A stretch of DNA of 64,000 nucleotides from Carcharhinus amblyrhynchos (taxonomy: Eukaryota). The notes under the pieces were generated by a model, which saw only the letters and a program-made list of their open reading frames with translations, was not told the DNA's origin and did not search any database. The DNA is taken from contig OZ336890.1 in NCBI GenBank assembly GCA_965287045.1, positions 39,556,001 to 39,620,000 of the forward strand, written 5' to 3'. Positions 20,213 through 33,780 of the stretch are shown one piece after another (within the stretch, counting starts at the first letter, position 1; every line of letters starts with the position of its first letter). The position numbers were made by a program, and so were the translations under genes.

Positions 20213-22229
20213 ATGATTCACTGAGATACACTTCCAGTTAGTGAGATCAAGAACCGGAATAGGAAATTATGAAATGCGATTCATTAAATATACAGTCCTA
20301 CAATCTGAATGCTTGATTGAGGTGAGGGAAAAAGACTTGGTCTTATTTTGTCCACAAGAACCACTTAAGAATCCAGGTAAACATGTTGGAGACAGAATAA
20401 CTGATTTACCACCATTAAAATGATGGTGTTTGTAAATTATCATTTCATTATGATGTTGCAGTATTTGGCAAACAAAAGTTTACCAAATGCCATCCAGAAT
20501 AACATTGCTTTAATATTTAATAAAAGATAGTTGCAGCCATGTTAATTTATTTTGCTGCTTTTTTTTTATAAATAACTTATGCTCTGTGCCGCTTTCTCAA
20601 AGTGATAATCACTGCGTGGGAAATAATTGGATTTCAACCTCCTTCATGCAGCTAATAGAGGACACAAGAAAGAAAACTGCATTTTTATTATTTACAACTG
20701 CGTCACAGGGAGTTCACCTGGGCCATATGTACAACAAAACGCTATGATTACATTCTAGCTCATTCATTAACATCCAGCCTGAAAGTTTAAGCAAGGTGAG
20801 TCATCATCCGACTCCCCATGTGTTCCTCTGGTATGTCAAGATTATTTTAAACAAAAAAATTGCTTCTTTTCATTACCTCGCTCGATGGTTCTCATTCTGC
20901 ACACAACGACAATCTGAGCTAATGGATTAAATTTTCTATTGTGTCAGGTGCGAAACATGGTGCGCAGCCCACCGTCTTCACGGTCAGCGTTTCTCGCTAT
21001 GTTTTCCAACACTTTAAAAAGAAATGCTGGAGGGGAGTCGCACACCAGCCCGACCCCCCCCCCCAGCAACATTGGCCTTCCAGAGATTAGGGTACCCTTC
21101 AAATCAGACAGAACTAAAAATGGAAACCAAGGTCTTCTCAGAGGACACACGGAGACCTTCTCCTACACACATGGGGAACATTTCCCAACTCACAGGGCAG
21201 TCAGTGCCGGGGGCAGTGCCAAGGAGTTATGCCAAAGGGCAGAGCCAAGGAGCTGTCCCAAGGCATTTCCTGGGCACGTTCCACTCCCTGCTGGGGGCTC
21301 TACACGCCTGGGCGTCCCTGGTGGGCTCCTTTTCACCTAGTTCACGTTGGTCTAGATCTGTCGTATACCAAGTTGACGTTACATCATGCCAATGAGAAGA
21401 GAAATCCGAATGTGGCAGAGTAATGATACAGCTGGGAAGCCTGCGAATGATATGAAATTGTATTTAAGTGACGGGAACCCCATTACTGGCAGGTACGAAT
21501 GCATTGCAAGATCTCGCTACCAGAAAGCTAGTTGTTCCTTTGCAGCATGTACAGATCATTCAGAACCATTGTATTGCAAAGGGAGTTGGGGAAGGATTGA
21601 ACGACAGGAGTTTTCAATCTTCCTTTCCAAATGCTCTTCATGCTCCCATTGCCTCTCCTTAGGTCTAACCAAGACTGGAAAGTCACTGTGCCAAATTGCA
21701 GCCATAATTGCAACTACTGCTGTGGTACACTTAAGATAGGGTTTAGAATCTAGATCTGCCTGACTGAATTAGCAATAGGTTAATGGCAGTAAAACAAGAT
21801 TGGTCTAACTGAACATTGCATAGTGCCTCCCGGCCAAAAAGGTCCTTTTGCAGACATTGAACGGGATTTTACAGCCTTGCTCGGGCGTGACTGAAAATTC
21901 CTACCCAAGGTGAACAAAGATTTCCGTTGTTGAACCCCGGCATGCTCCGATTCTGGGCGGGCAAGGTAGTAGAATTCTGGCCATTGTGCGAAGGTTCTCA
22001 AGGATTTCTATAACTGAAAATGTTACAGAACTTTACAGCAAAGGAGATCATTTAGGCCATCATTCCCAATCAGGCTCTTTGAAAGAGTTAACTCCTCTTC
22101 TCCCATTGACCTGCAAGCATTTCCCCTTCAGCCAGTTTTCCTTCAAATGTTATGACTTAATCTACTTTCTTTGGTGCTGTTCCAACTCACAGAATCACAG
22201 AAACCCTACAGTGTTGGACGATTCCATTT

Positions 22230-22680
22230 AGAACATAGAGCATTACAGCGCAGTACAGGCCCTTCGGCCCTCGATGTTGTGCCGACCAGTGGAACCAATC
22301 TAATGACCCTCTAACCTAAACTATTCCAATATTATCCATATGCCTATCCACTGACCATTTGAACGCCCTTAAAGTTGATGAGTCCACAACTGCTGCAGGC
22401 AGGGCATTCCACGCCCTTACTACCCTCTGAATAAAGAACCTACCGCTGACATCTGTCCTATATTTATCACCCCTCAATTTAAAGCTATGTCCCCTCATGT
22501 TAGCCATCACCATCCAAGGAAAAAGGCTCTCACTGTCCACCTTAACTAAACCTCTGATCATCTTGTATACCTCAATTAAGTCACCTCTTAACTTTCTTCT
22601 CTCTAACGAAAACAACCTCAAATCCCTCAGCCTTTCCTCATAAGACCTTCCGACCATGCCAGGCAACATCCTGGTAAAAA
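22230..22680 (-). mobile_element. 5'-truncated CR1 inserted in the tail of an HE1 SINE
   Basis: FTRMLPGM..RSYEERLRDLRLFSLERRKLRGDLIEVYKM. The SINE tail lies at about 22190-22229 and its body at 22681-22980. Confidence 0.85.
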
Positions 22681-24189
22681 TTTGGCCCATCAAAACGACA
22701 CCGACAATCTCACCCAAGCCCTATCCCCACGTAGTCACCCTGCTAATCCCTCTAACCTATCACAACCCGGGACACTAAGGGTTAATTTTAGCATGCCCAG
22801 TCAACCTAACTCGCACATCTTTAGACTGTGGGAAGAAACCGGAGCATTCCGGAGGAAACCAATGCAGACACGGGGAGAATGTGCAAACTCCACACTGACC
22901 GTGATCTAAGTTGGGAATCGAACCCAGGTCTCTAGAGCTGTGAGGCAGCAATGCTAACCACTGTGCCACCGTGCCGCCCCATCCAGTGCTGTAACATATA
23001 AGATCCTGTGAGGGGACTTGAAAGGGTGGATGCTGAGAGGATGTCTCCCCTGATGGGGAAGTCTGGAACTATAGGAACATTGGAGTCTCCCATTGAAGAC
23101 TAAGGTGAGGAGGAACCAGCTGTCTGTTTTACACCTCACCCAATTGTCTCTTTTCCATCGGTTTCAATGAAAAGTAAAATAGGGAATTGGTTGGGGCACA
23201 CAACTTCCAATTTGCTGTCACCTTGTTTCTCATCCAGTGCTAAAAATCAGAACGACCTTTCTTTTTGCAGTTGTTTTGTCGACCGACTAATTTTTTTTTT
23301 GCCAAACTCTGGCTCTGCAGCTTTGAACGATGTCAGGGTAACATTCCAATCCAGAGCTGAGGGAAATCGCTGATGGCAGAGGTGTCAAACTTTGATTAAA
23401 ATCAAGGCCCTGTCTGGCTGCTCTGTTGATTAAAAAAGAAGTCAACCGTCCCGCTCAAAGTGTGTTTGTTTTCTTGGTGTCCTGGTCAACATTCTTGCCT
23501 CAAATAATACCACCGACAGCAGATTAAATAATCATTCATCTCATTATAACCTGTTGGTGCTTGCTGTGTGATAATCCACCGTCACTAAACAGTTCTTTAG
23601 GCAATATATGTGTACACACCTCCCGTTCCTCAGCAAGAAACAGGTCTCAAAGGAAAACGGACTCCCCTCACCACTCATCCCTCTGTTGGGCTGACAGCTT
23701 TTTCCAATTTATCTCAGGAACTGGCAAAGTCACTGAAACTGGTCACAGATAAATAGCTGTTGGCATCGCCTTTGTGTACTATAAACAGACAAGTGATGTT
23801 AGTGAACAGATGTACAACCCTAACCCTCTGTCTCGTAGGAGCCTGAACACCTGTCAGTTGCCTTTACAGATTAGTGTCAAGGCCACGCATCCGCCCAAGT
23901 AGAGAAAACCTGTTTATCTTCTGCAACCCGAGAAATGGATTCTTCTCTACAATATTACTTCAACTTTTAAAGAGGTTGAGTGTCATTTCTTTTGTTTTAT
24001 AATGGTCAACATTGGCTGCATGTTGTACCACTCCACTAAAGTAAGGTCCCTGCCCATACCCCACAACAGAAAAATGTGTATCAGGCATTTTGGCACATCA
24101 GTTGGAGAAAGTGCTGGAATAATGCTGGAATAAGGTCAGGTAGTCAGGTCTTCCCTCCTACGCATCCACATGAGGCAACAAATTATGCT

Positions 24190-24763
24190 GATCTCTCCAC
24201 GCTGAAGCTGTAGTTAAGAAAGCCCACCAAAATCTCTACTTTCTCAGGAGGCGAAGGAAATTTGGCATGTCCACTATGACTCTCACCAACTTTTACAGAT
24301 GCACCATAGAAGACATCTTTTCTTTGCATCACAGCTTGGTATGGCTCTGACTCTGACCAAGACCAGAAGAAAGGTTGAGAATGAAGCCCAGTCCATCATG
24401 CAAACCAGCCTCCCATCCATTGACTGTTACATTTCCTGCTGCCTCGGAAAAGCAAGTAATCAAGGGCCCCCATGCAACCCGAGCATCCTCTCTTCCATCT
24501 TCTCCTGTTGGGAAAAAGATACTAAAGTCTGAGGTCATGTACCAACTGACTCAAGAACAGCTTCTTCCCTGCTGCCATCAGACTTTTGAATGGACCTACA
24601 TTGTACGAAGTTGCTCTTTCTCTATGCTCTAGCTGTGACAGTAACACCACATTCTCCATTCTCCTCTTCTTCCCTTTGAATGGTATGTTTTGTCTGTATA
24701 GCGCACAAGAAACAATATTTTTCACTATATACCAATACATGTGACAATCATAAATCAAATCAA
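24190..24763 (+). mobile_element. Rex1/Babar-like LINE 3' fragment (a second 3' end lies at about 51260-51440)
   Basis: VVKKAHQNLYFLRRRRKFGMSTMTLTNFYRCTIE. Ends catgtgacaatcataaatcaaatcaaa. Confidence 0.7.
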
Positions 24764-24902
24764 AGGCAAGTCAAGGTAGTATGTGAGAATACAGGCCCAC
24801 ACATTCCAGGCAGTACAAAAAGAGCGATTCAGCTCAATGGTGCTGCCATCACTAAATCCCCCACTGTCAACATCCTTACGGTTACCATTGACCAGAAACT
24901 CA

Positions 24903-25175
24903 ACTGCTGCCTCAAGGCGCAAGGGACCCAGGGTCAATTCCCAGCTTGGATTACTGTATGCTGTTTGCATGTTCTCCCCATATCTGCATGGGTTTCCTTC
25001 CACAGTCCAAAGATGTGCAGGTTGGGTGAATTGGCCATGCTAAATTGCCCATTCGTGTCAGAGGGACGAGCTGGGATAAATGCATGGGCTTATGGGGGAT
25101 AGGGCCTGGGTGGGATTATGGTCGGTGCAGGCTCGATGGGCCGAATGGGCTCCTTCTGCACTGTAGCATTCTATG
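24903..25175 (+). mobile_element. HE1-type V-SINE (5'-clipped)
   Basis: V-domain and tail. Confidence 0.8.
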
Positions 25176-25914
25176 ACTGACAGTTTAGATTGTCACCTTC
25201 GCCTGGCTCGCCTGTCAAAAAATACACAAATCCTAAAACATGCAACCACACCTGAACTGGTACACACAACACCCACAGGCTCATCACATCAACATCAGAT
25301 GCAGGAAATGCTGTGTATAAAAATGATAACTGCTGTCAGAATAGGTAAATCAGTTTGAAATGAGGGGACTGTCTATCAGTCAGGAGACACTGATTCTTGG
25401 CCAACTTAGCTTCTATAACATCTCCACTCTGATTCTCAACAGCCTATTTAACTGTGAGGGGATTTATAACTCATCCTGATCCAGCCAATGATTACATCCT
25501 TCAGCGGGGAATAACTGTTAAACCCCTGGAAGATTTTCCCTTCACAAAACCCAACCATGCATTAATCTCCTTCTGTAGTCTAAGAGTGTTGACACTAAAT
25601 GCAAAACATGCCTACTGACAACACAGTTATGTTTCAGACAATTCAGCAGTCTGGGGTCAAACTGGGACTTCCCTGTCCTCTGATACTCAGCTATTGTTGA
25701 TCACATATGCCAGTAGGTCCAACACCATTAGTTGCAACAAACCACACCCCCCCAGCCCGCACCCCATCCATGAACGTGGGAGGGGATTTTGGGCTCATGA
25801 CCTCGGAGACCATATGGTGCCTATGGAGTGGTACCGTGCCAGTAAAGATAGCGATTCACCCCGAGGCCCCAACGCACGGGCGCCTGAATTTAATTACCAC
25901 CTGAGCCATTAAGT

Positions 25915-26232
25915 CATAGAATCCTACAGTGCAGGAGGCCGTTCGGCCCATTTAGTCTATGTCAATGACAACCCCACCCAGGGCCTATCCCCACAACACC
26001 ATACATTCACCATAGCTAGTCCTCTTGACACTAAGGGGCAATTTAGCATGGCCAATCCACCTAACCTGCACATCTTTGGAAAGTGAGAGGAAACCAGAGC
26101 ACCCAGAGGATACCCACGAAGATACGGGGAGAATGGGCAAACTCCACACAGACAGTGACTCAAGCCGGGAATCGAACTTGAGTCTATGGTGCTGTGAGGC
26201 AGCAGTGCGAACCACTGTGCCACTACGCTGCC
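25915..26232 (-). mobile_element. HE1-type V-SINE
   Basis: Reverse-complement full unit. Confidence 0.85.
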
Positions 26233-26852
26233 CGGGAGAAGTAAGTCACTGAGCTATGCAAAGACAGCCTGAGTGTCTGCCAAGAGTGCACCTCTTTTCT
26301 GGTGTTTCCTCAGTGCCCCCTACTCAACCCTGCCAAATTTCAAATCTTTGGGGACACAAAATGAGATCACACGGGAAAACGTTTGGGAAGCATTGGGATA
26401 TACTCCATGTAGCATCCTGTGAGCTGGTCAATGGTTCAGGTGAAGTGAGCAAAACGCCATATTCAAGAGAGGGCCCATTATGCAAATGTTCAAATTGTCA
26501 ACAGTGACTGGTGATACGCATTTCACCCAAGTGTCTCCAAAGGGTGTTATACCTGAGACACGAGAGGTTAACCTTTTGTCTGAACTTCCTGGATAGGAGG
26601 CTAGCAGAGCAGGTTGGCTCCCATTATATAAGCTACCCAATTTTCAGAGTGGAAATTAGACAGCTGCGACAGTGGACAAATGATCCACTCTGCCACAGGC
26701 GATAAAGATCTGGCTGTCAGCACCAAAGTGTCACTGAAGGTATTTGCGGAACTCTTTTGATCAAAACTTGGCTCCGTTCTTTTTGTAGCATCAAGTGTGC
26801 CAGTGGACCTGTCTTCCAGAATGGCAGAAACATAGGAGTGAGAAATTGATAC

Positions 26853-26975
26853 CTTTATGCCACCCCATGAGTGGTTGGAAAGGAAATCCACAGGGCTCGA
26901 GACTCCCGGCTGGGCTGGGTACCGAAGCAGGAAGTCCAGCTCCTTTGCATTTATTTCTTTATTAGTCAGAAGAAC
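26853..26975 (-). CDS. dnah9: DNAH9-like coding exon 7 of 7 (123 nt, phase 0 to 0)
   Basis: Acceptor caattctgacag| and donor |gtatca. Translates VLLTNKEINAKELDFLLRYPAQPGVSSPVDFLSNHSWGGIK (ELDFLLR and SPVDFL motifs). Confidence 0.93.
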
Positions 26976-27684
26976 CTGTCAGAATTGAGGGGAACAGAAA
27001 AAGACAGAAGAATTAGAGGAATCTATTCACACCTCCGCAGTATCTATCCAATAAAACCCATCAGAGCCTATGCGTCCCACACAAATTGAATTTAATTGAC
27101 AACAGGCCAGGTAAATCTGCCCTGGTGCAGCCTTCTTTCTGTTGGGTTCCATCATTTTAACTGATGGTAAATGCTAATGCAGTGTAAACGTCTCACTTTT
27201 TGATCTTGTGCACATTCCTTTTTCATTTAATTCTAACATTCTTACCTGATCACCGACAGCACCAAGCCTGTGACTCATGGCTGACATTTTATGAGCACTC
27301 AGCATGGCTCCTCTCAAATGATCTCAAAAACGGAAGGTTACTCAGTGGAACTGCACGCTCCAAAATATTCCTTTTCAACTTTTTTTAACATTTTAAATTA
27401 AGAGCCACTTTAAATGCCAGGGGAAGTCTTGCTTTTGGTGCAGTTCTGTCACGATGAGGGTACATGTGCTCAGCTGGTCGGTCCCTGAGCTGCATTCGTA
27501 AAGCCCAATGCTGGTGAGGCTGGAGGCGAGGGGGCAGAACAAGCATCACCTTGGGCAAACAGCACATCCATATCACAGTATTAACGCCCCCTCCCCATGG
27601 CTAATTTATAAGCTGCCACAATTAGTCTGTGACACCCACGCAACTAAAGCAGAGGGAGCAAATAGCAGCCACTGTCAGTGCAGC

Positions 27685-27970
27685 AACAACGGAAAATGCT
27701 GGAAAATCTCAGCAGGTCTGACAGCACCTGTGGAGAGAGAACAAGAGTCGACGTTGAGATGACCCTTCGCCACAACCATTGACAAACAACCTAGGACGAG
27801 ATTTATCCTGTAAGGGTGGCGGGGGAGGGGGGGATATTTCAGCAAGGTGTCATAGATGAAGAGAATGTTAATGGTAGTGATAAAGGCTGGGAATGGTGCT
27901 AATAGTGTCCATTAAGAGATTGAGAATGGAGCTGATAGCATCCATTAATCAGCATTTTGCTTTTATCTTA
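27685..27970. mobile_element. Second Penelope-like terminal-repeat family fragment (also about 15530-15562 + 16271-16345 and about 44925-45030)
   Basis: Shared aaaatgctggaaaatctcagcaggtctgacagca.ctgtggagagaga motif. Decayed CUGA..GAAAC-like remnants on the opposite strand. Family assignment is from memory. Confidence 0.5.
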
Positions 27971-28459
27971 GTCTCTTGCATTTATTATAGCTGTGACTGC
28001 AGTCTGCCCCGTGGAGAGGTTCCCCTTCCAGAATGCTGATCTGGCAGCCACAGCTATTTTTAATTTTGGCAGTTATAAAAGTGCCGAGAGATTGCTTCCA
28101 TCTTGAAGCATCCTCTCTTTTCCTTAAATGTATCGACAGACTGCTGTCTCTTGATGCAGGAGTGTCTCCAATTGTCCCTCCAGTGCTGTCTGCCATCTTT
28201 CACTGGCTTCCCAGCCCATCCTCTGTCTGCTATTTAGCCAATCCTGTAAAAATTATGTGTAGTAATTATTCCTGACATGATGTGGGGGTCGGGAAAGCAC
28301 AGTTGATCCCAAAATCCGGGTGTCGACCCAAAATAGAAAATTTAGCCTCTGACGTCAGAATTCTTGGTCCTTTGAGTGCCAATTCAAATCAAATTCCCAA
28401 TAAACAACATCAGAGAGTATTCACAGGTCAAGTTGTTCTCTCATACCTCACCTCCATGA

Positions 28460-28775
28460 GGCGGCACGCTGGCACAGTGGTTAGCACTGCTGCCTCCCAG
28501 CGCCAGGAACCCAGGTTCAATTCCTGCCTCGGGTCACTGTCTGTGTGGAATTTCATGTTCGTCCTGCATCTGCATGGGTTTCTTCCGGGTGCTCCGGTTT
28601 CCTCCCACAGTCTAAAGATGTGCAAGTTAGGTTGATTGGCCATGCTAAATTGCCCCTTATCGTAGGAGGATTAGGAGGGTAAATGAGGGTTACGGAAATA
28701 GGGCCTGGGTGAGACTGTGGTTAGTACAGACTCGATGGGTCAAATGGCCTCCTTCTGTACTGTGGGGGATTTTAT
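28460..28775 (+). mobile_element. HE1-type V-SINE
   Basis: Full unit. Confidence 0.85.
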
Positions 28776-29384
28776 GTTTCTGTGACTCTTCTTATGGCCC
28801 ATGTTCCAAAGCAGTTTCATAGACAACTCTTTGACGTTTTGTAGGCATTCTCCAGGTGTGAGCTTATAAATGTGGCTGTTTGCGCAGGGTAATATCTTCA
28901 AGTTGACCCCGTCCTTGTCTGCCACCACACACAGATGCTTATTGGTGGTAATGACTGAATAGTGATCAGGAGAAGAAACTCTGCCAGACCTTTCATCTCC
29001 TTGTGCCCAAGGCAATGATGGTAAACCACCACACCAGCTGATATCAGTTAATTCAGCACACTGGAGCCAATTCCAGAATGCAGTGCAATTTTCCAATCTA
29101 ACTGGATTGTTCCCAGCGTCGACTTATTGTTGAATGCTGATAGGCCACAAGACAGCAATAAGGAACAGAAATTGCAGACATGCACTGAACCCTGTTCTCC
29201 TTTTAAGTTCACTGGAAGACTAACCTCTCCATTTCTGATATTGCCTGGCCCGCTAGTTATCTCCATCATGTTTAAGTTCTTTTATTTCATATTTCCAACT
29301 TGGCCAACTCTCTGACAATTCAGTCTGTCCAAACTCATCGTGCAAGCTGGCAGGTAGTCATAACCAATTTTCACACAATGACAA

Positions 29385-29690
29385 TGAACGTAGGAACATA
29401 GGAATTAGGAGCAGAAGTAGGCAAATCCAACCCTTCGAGCCTGCTTCGCCATTCATTCAGGTCATGATTGATCTCTCCCTGCTCTCAAATCCACCTCCCC
29501 ACCTATTCCCCCTATCCCCTTATCCCTTTTTTTTATTAGAAATACATCTATCTCCTTCTTGAAACCATTCAACGATTTAGACTTCACCGTTCTCTGGGGC
29601 AGCAAGTTCCAGAAATTCATCCCCTCTGCGAGTAGTTCCTCCTCATTCAGTTTTAAATCTACACCTCTCAAACTATACCTGTGACCTGTC
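29385..29690 (-). mobile_element. CR1 3' end fragment. Others lie at about 40582-40760 (-), 50695-50960 (-), 54555-54885 (+) and 59435-59775 (+).
   Basis: NFWNLLPQ..V...SLNGFKKEID.FL plus an 8-bp-repeat tail (aggaacataggaa). Confidence 0.75.
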
Positions 29691-31536
29691 ACCTGAATAT
29701 TGTTAGATTACATTGCACACTTAATCCCATTGTTACAAACCAATTGACAACAATTAATGCATAAATCGAACCATGAACAGTTGAAGGTAGTCTTGATTGT
29801 CGCAAGTTTTTGCGCTAACAACAAACGCTTTACTGTCAAGTGTGTCCGTCTCTCTCAGTATCTCCTTGGCTACTTTTAAGACTATATCTATGCACAATAA
29901 ATGCATACCTAAAATTAAACAGTGAGTGCAGTCAATGTCATCAGTGTCAGTGACTTGGAACAGAGAGCAAAAAGTAACCTGCAGCGATGAGATCCCTGAA
30001 ACACCCGGGGCTAAAGTTTATCTCATGCCCTTAATTAATTCCACAGTTGGCATCAGTAATCCTCCTGTTATTTTATCAATATTTTAAACTAGGCTATTCA
30101 CACAGAGCAACAGAAATATCCTTTAGTAACATTTAAGTGGAGCGGCGTTGTTTAAATTCGAATAAGAAGGGTAAGATCAGGAGCTGATATGTAGGTTAAT
30201 GCTGCTCAGGGAGACCCTGTGGTCAAACTTAAATAGATCCAGTGTCATTAAATGGAGAGGTGTACTGGGGCACAGGAATGTAGGTCACTAAGGAAACTCC
30301 AGTTCAGGAACTAGCTTTCTTTGTCAGCCATTTTTTTGTACAACAATGAATAAAGCTGCATTCTGAAGCTTAATAGAAGAAAAGGAACTGAATATTATAA
30401 TTTGGCAAGTCTTGTAGCGTTAGTTCGATTCAGTGTCGAATGGCGACACAGGCTCGAAGGGTTGGATTTGCCAACTTCTGCATTCCTATGTTCCTACTTT
30501 CAGAGTCTTGTCTTCAAACAAGACTTTCAGCGATTCCATAGTTAGCAATGTCTTGAGGGTATCGTATGCTGGATTTTCATCCCGTGAATGCCAGGGATTT
30601 GGAGGTGGACATGCTCACAATTTCATTCCACTGGCCAGTCCACTGCCATGTTTCCATTTCTGGCCTATTTCGAAAGAGGCGAGTTCCAGCCTCCAGCAGT
30701 GAGTAACTTTCAAGACTAGTGAACATGAGGAATGAGGATGCTCTTCGGAAACTGCCTGGAATTTTCCAGTTGGCATATGGGCTGAGGCCAAAGGCCAGCA
30801 GACAGGTGGAGATGGCCTCCGGGTGGTGGGCTGAGGGGCCAGCAATGCCTCATCTAAGTCCATCACCCCACCCCTTACAGTGGCGATTGCCAGAGCTACT
30901 GATTCCACATCATGTTAGGGAAGGGTTCACCTCTCCACAATGCTAGTCTGGCAGCTGTGGTTACACTACACTGTTACACACTGAAATGTTTCAAAGGGTA
31001 CCTTCATTTGAGATGCCCTCTCGTTCTCCCACCTGCACCAGCTATGCCACCTCTCCTTGGCCGCCCAGTGCCTTGGGCACTCCGATTGGATGGAGAGCCT
31101 ACTCACCACCCTTAATTGGAGGGGTTTCTTGAACACAGCCCCTTAGTTGGCTGCCTCCGCCCAATTCTTCCATTGGCATTCTAGGTGCCCAACAAGATTT
31201 GGTCCCTCAGTAACAAAAATCCAGCCCCTTATTTCTGATGTGGCCTGTGGTAACAAAGATGAGGATTGGCATGTTCAGGGCAAGAAAATATCCACCTCCA
31301 TTTTAATTAGCCTTGCTGAGGTGGAAACTCAGCAAAATGAGCCTCGCATTTTGCTCTATAGTACATTTGTGATCGCTATATGTCTCCAATAACACTTCAA
31401 CCTCAAACTATACAAAACACCCGGAACTCTGAAGCAGTTCCAGTAACTATCTCAGCCGTCAATATTGTCCTTCCAAGAGAAGTTGTCCAATGAACATTAT
31501 GCATAATTTTGTATTGATTATTTCGGGACAATGTAT

Positions 31537-31862
31537 CATAGAATCCCGACTGTGCAGAGGCAGGCCATTCAGCCCATCGATTCTGCACTGACTCTCCAAA
31601 GTCCCACTCAGGTCACATCCCCATAATCCCACATATTTATCCCACTAATCCACATAACTTACACATCTTTGGACACTAAAGGGCAATTTAGCATGGCCAA
31701 TCCACCTAACATATACATTTTTGGACCGTGGGAAGATACTGGAGCACCCAGACGAAACCCATGCAGACAGAGTGAGAATGTGCAGACTCTGCACACAGAC
31801 AATCACCCAGATCCTTCGCGCTGTGAGGCAGCAGTGCTAACCACTGTGCCACCATGCCACCC
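31537..31862 (-). mobile_element. HE1-type V-SINE
   Basis: Reverse-complement full unit. Confidence 0.85.
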
Positions 31863-33574
31863 TGGAATGCATTGGCACTCTCAACCAAGCATCAGAGGCA
31901 ACAATGCAGATCTAATTATCCAGGCTTAATCTAAGTGACAAAATAGAAGCCCCTGTTTATGAAAAGCACTTTCAGGAATAAAAACAGCTGTTATCAATGC
32001 TGCTCAAATGGTTTGATGGTTACTGTTTCTTTAACTCCTTCAGTGGTAGGGCTGTGCCTTGGCGGAACACTACTAAAAGCTCACCACACTGCGTCACCAG
32101 GAGGCAAAATGTCGTTTGAGGTTGTCTTTGGACAACACAGCCAGAGACTCAGGCACAAGTTTTGTTGGTCACTCATTCCCCAATCAGTTACGTGTTTTGC
32201 CAGCTACAAACTTGATTTCCACACTGTTTGGAGATCAGCTTCCCCTCCATAGAAGTGGGGGAGAAACAGCTTTAACTGCCTCCTGAAGTCACTCTGAAAT
32301 ACTCCCAGTCAGTTATTGTAAGACATTCGCAGAAGACAATTTACCCTAACACCATCGATCCCACCTACACTGCAAAAATCACTCATACCTTTGCCTTGGT
32401 ACGGGAAGATATAACTGGAAAAGAATTTGAGTTAGAATTAGAGAAGGCTTATTTCCAACCTAGCAATGGTTTATAGGAGCACTGATCTCACGATGTGTCA
32501 GGATCCCATAGGGTCACACGAAAGCGACGTTTTACAGCAACTAAAGCAGTACAAACTGCAGGCATTCAGCTCCATGTTGTGTGCTCCATGGGACTGGTAT
32601 ATTCCTTTCTGCACTGTTGAGCATTACTTAATGTTAACAACGAAAGATACTGAAGCAGAACAACATGAATCATTTTGAGTTCAATGACTTTTCAGATCCT
32701 GAAATGGTATTCAGGCTAATCCAGTACGGGTACAATAATGTTTTTGTGCCTGAGTTAAGAGTCAGGGCACTGAATATTTCAGTCTGCCATCATTGATTCA
32801 AGCTGATGTTAAAAAAAAACATGTTGCAGGAACATTTAGTGAAGTTGGGCTCATGACACGTGATATCAGATAGCGCAAGCATTGATACTTCCAGCTATTC
32901 AGGCATTTGCAGAATGCTGCGTTTTATTAAGTTTTTGAAGTTGTTTTATTTAAAAGAATCCATAATCTTAAAGAAGTGATGCTGTACACACCACCTCCAG
33001 CTATGCAGAATGGGTGATGTCCAGTGCGCTAACAGAACTGCAGGGATAATAACTACTGCTGTTCAGCTTGCTTCCAATAGTCATCCAAATCTTTGATTGG
33101 AGTAAACATTGTGATGATATTGTACTATTCTGCTATATTTTGTGTTTAAGGTGGGGTTGCTTTACGAGGCAGTGTTTTGTTACAGGAGTTAATTTGTCAG
33201 GTAAGCATTCTGCAGATGCTAAGAATGCAAGCTAAAAATTGTTTTTCGGTAGGACTGTGTTGCTTTGTAGAGTTGATGGACATTTTATTTATTTAAGTTC
33301 TCCTGGGATTTCAACTAGATATACAGTCATATGGTTAATGGAAGGAACTCAGTTTGCAGGGGGGCAATACTGTTACAATTTCATTTTAAACTACAAGCAG
33401 ATGCTGTCTGGACTGTCAGAGGAAAACAGGTGTCTCCCCATCTCGCTCTGAAATGACCTCCCTGAGGTAGTAACCTAAGTCACAGGAAATATGTCTGTAT
33501 TTTGCTAACTAGTTTTAAAGAGGGGATTTAAGTTTAAAAGAGAAATATTGCTTGATAGGAGCTCAAGGCAAGAG

Positions 33575-33780
33575 GTTAGCAGGTAAAACTTGCATCTTGT
33601 CATGGTTAAGGGGAGCAGACGCGTTCCACCTGGAGTCCTGGCCAATATTTCCCTCTCAACCAACATCACAAAAACAGATTTTCTTGTCATTATCACATTT
33701 CGGGGCTTGCTGTGCTTTCTACATTACAGTAGTGACGACACTTGATAAAGTACTCCATTAATTGTAAAGTGCTTTTGGTT
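33575..33780 (+). mobile_element. Ancient DeuSINE-like remnant (second copy at about 23350-23570)
   Basis: gtcctggccaatattt.cctctcaaccaacatcac.aaaacagatt..tcattatcacatt..cttgctgtg..gtaaagtgcttt. The two copies resemble each other. Family assignment is from memory. Confidence 0.5.
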
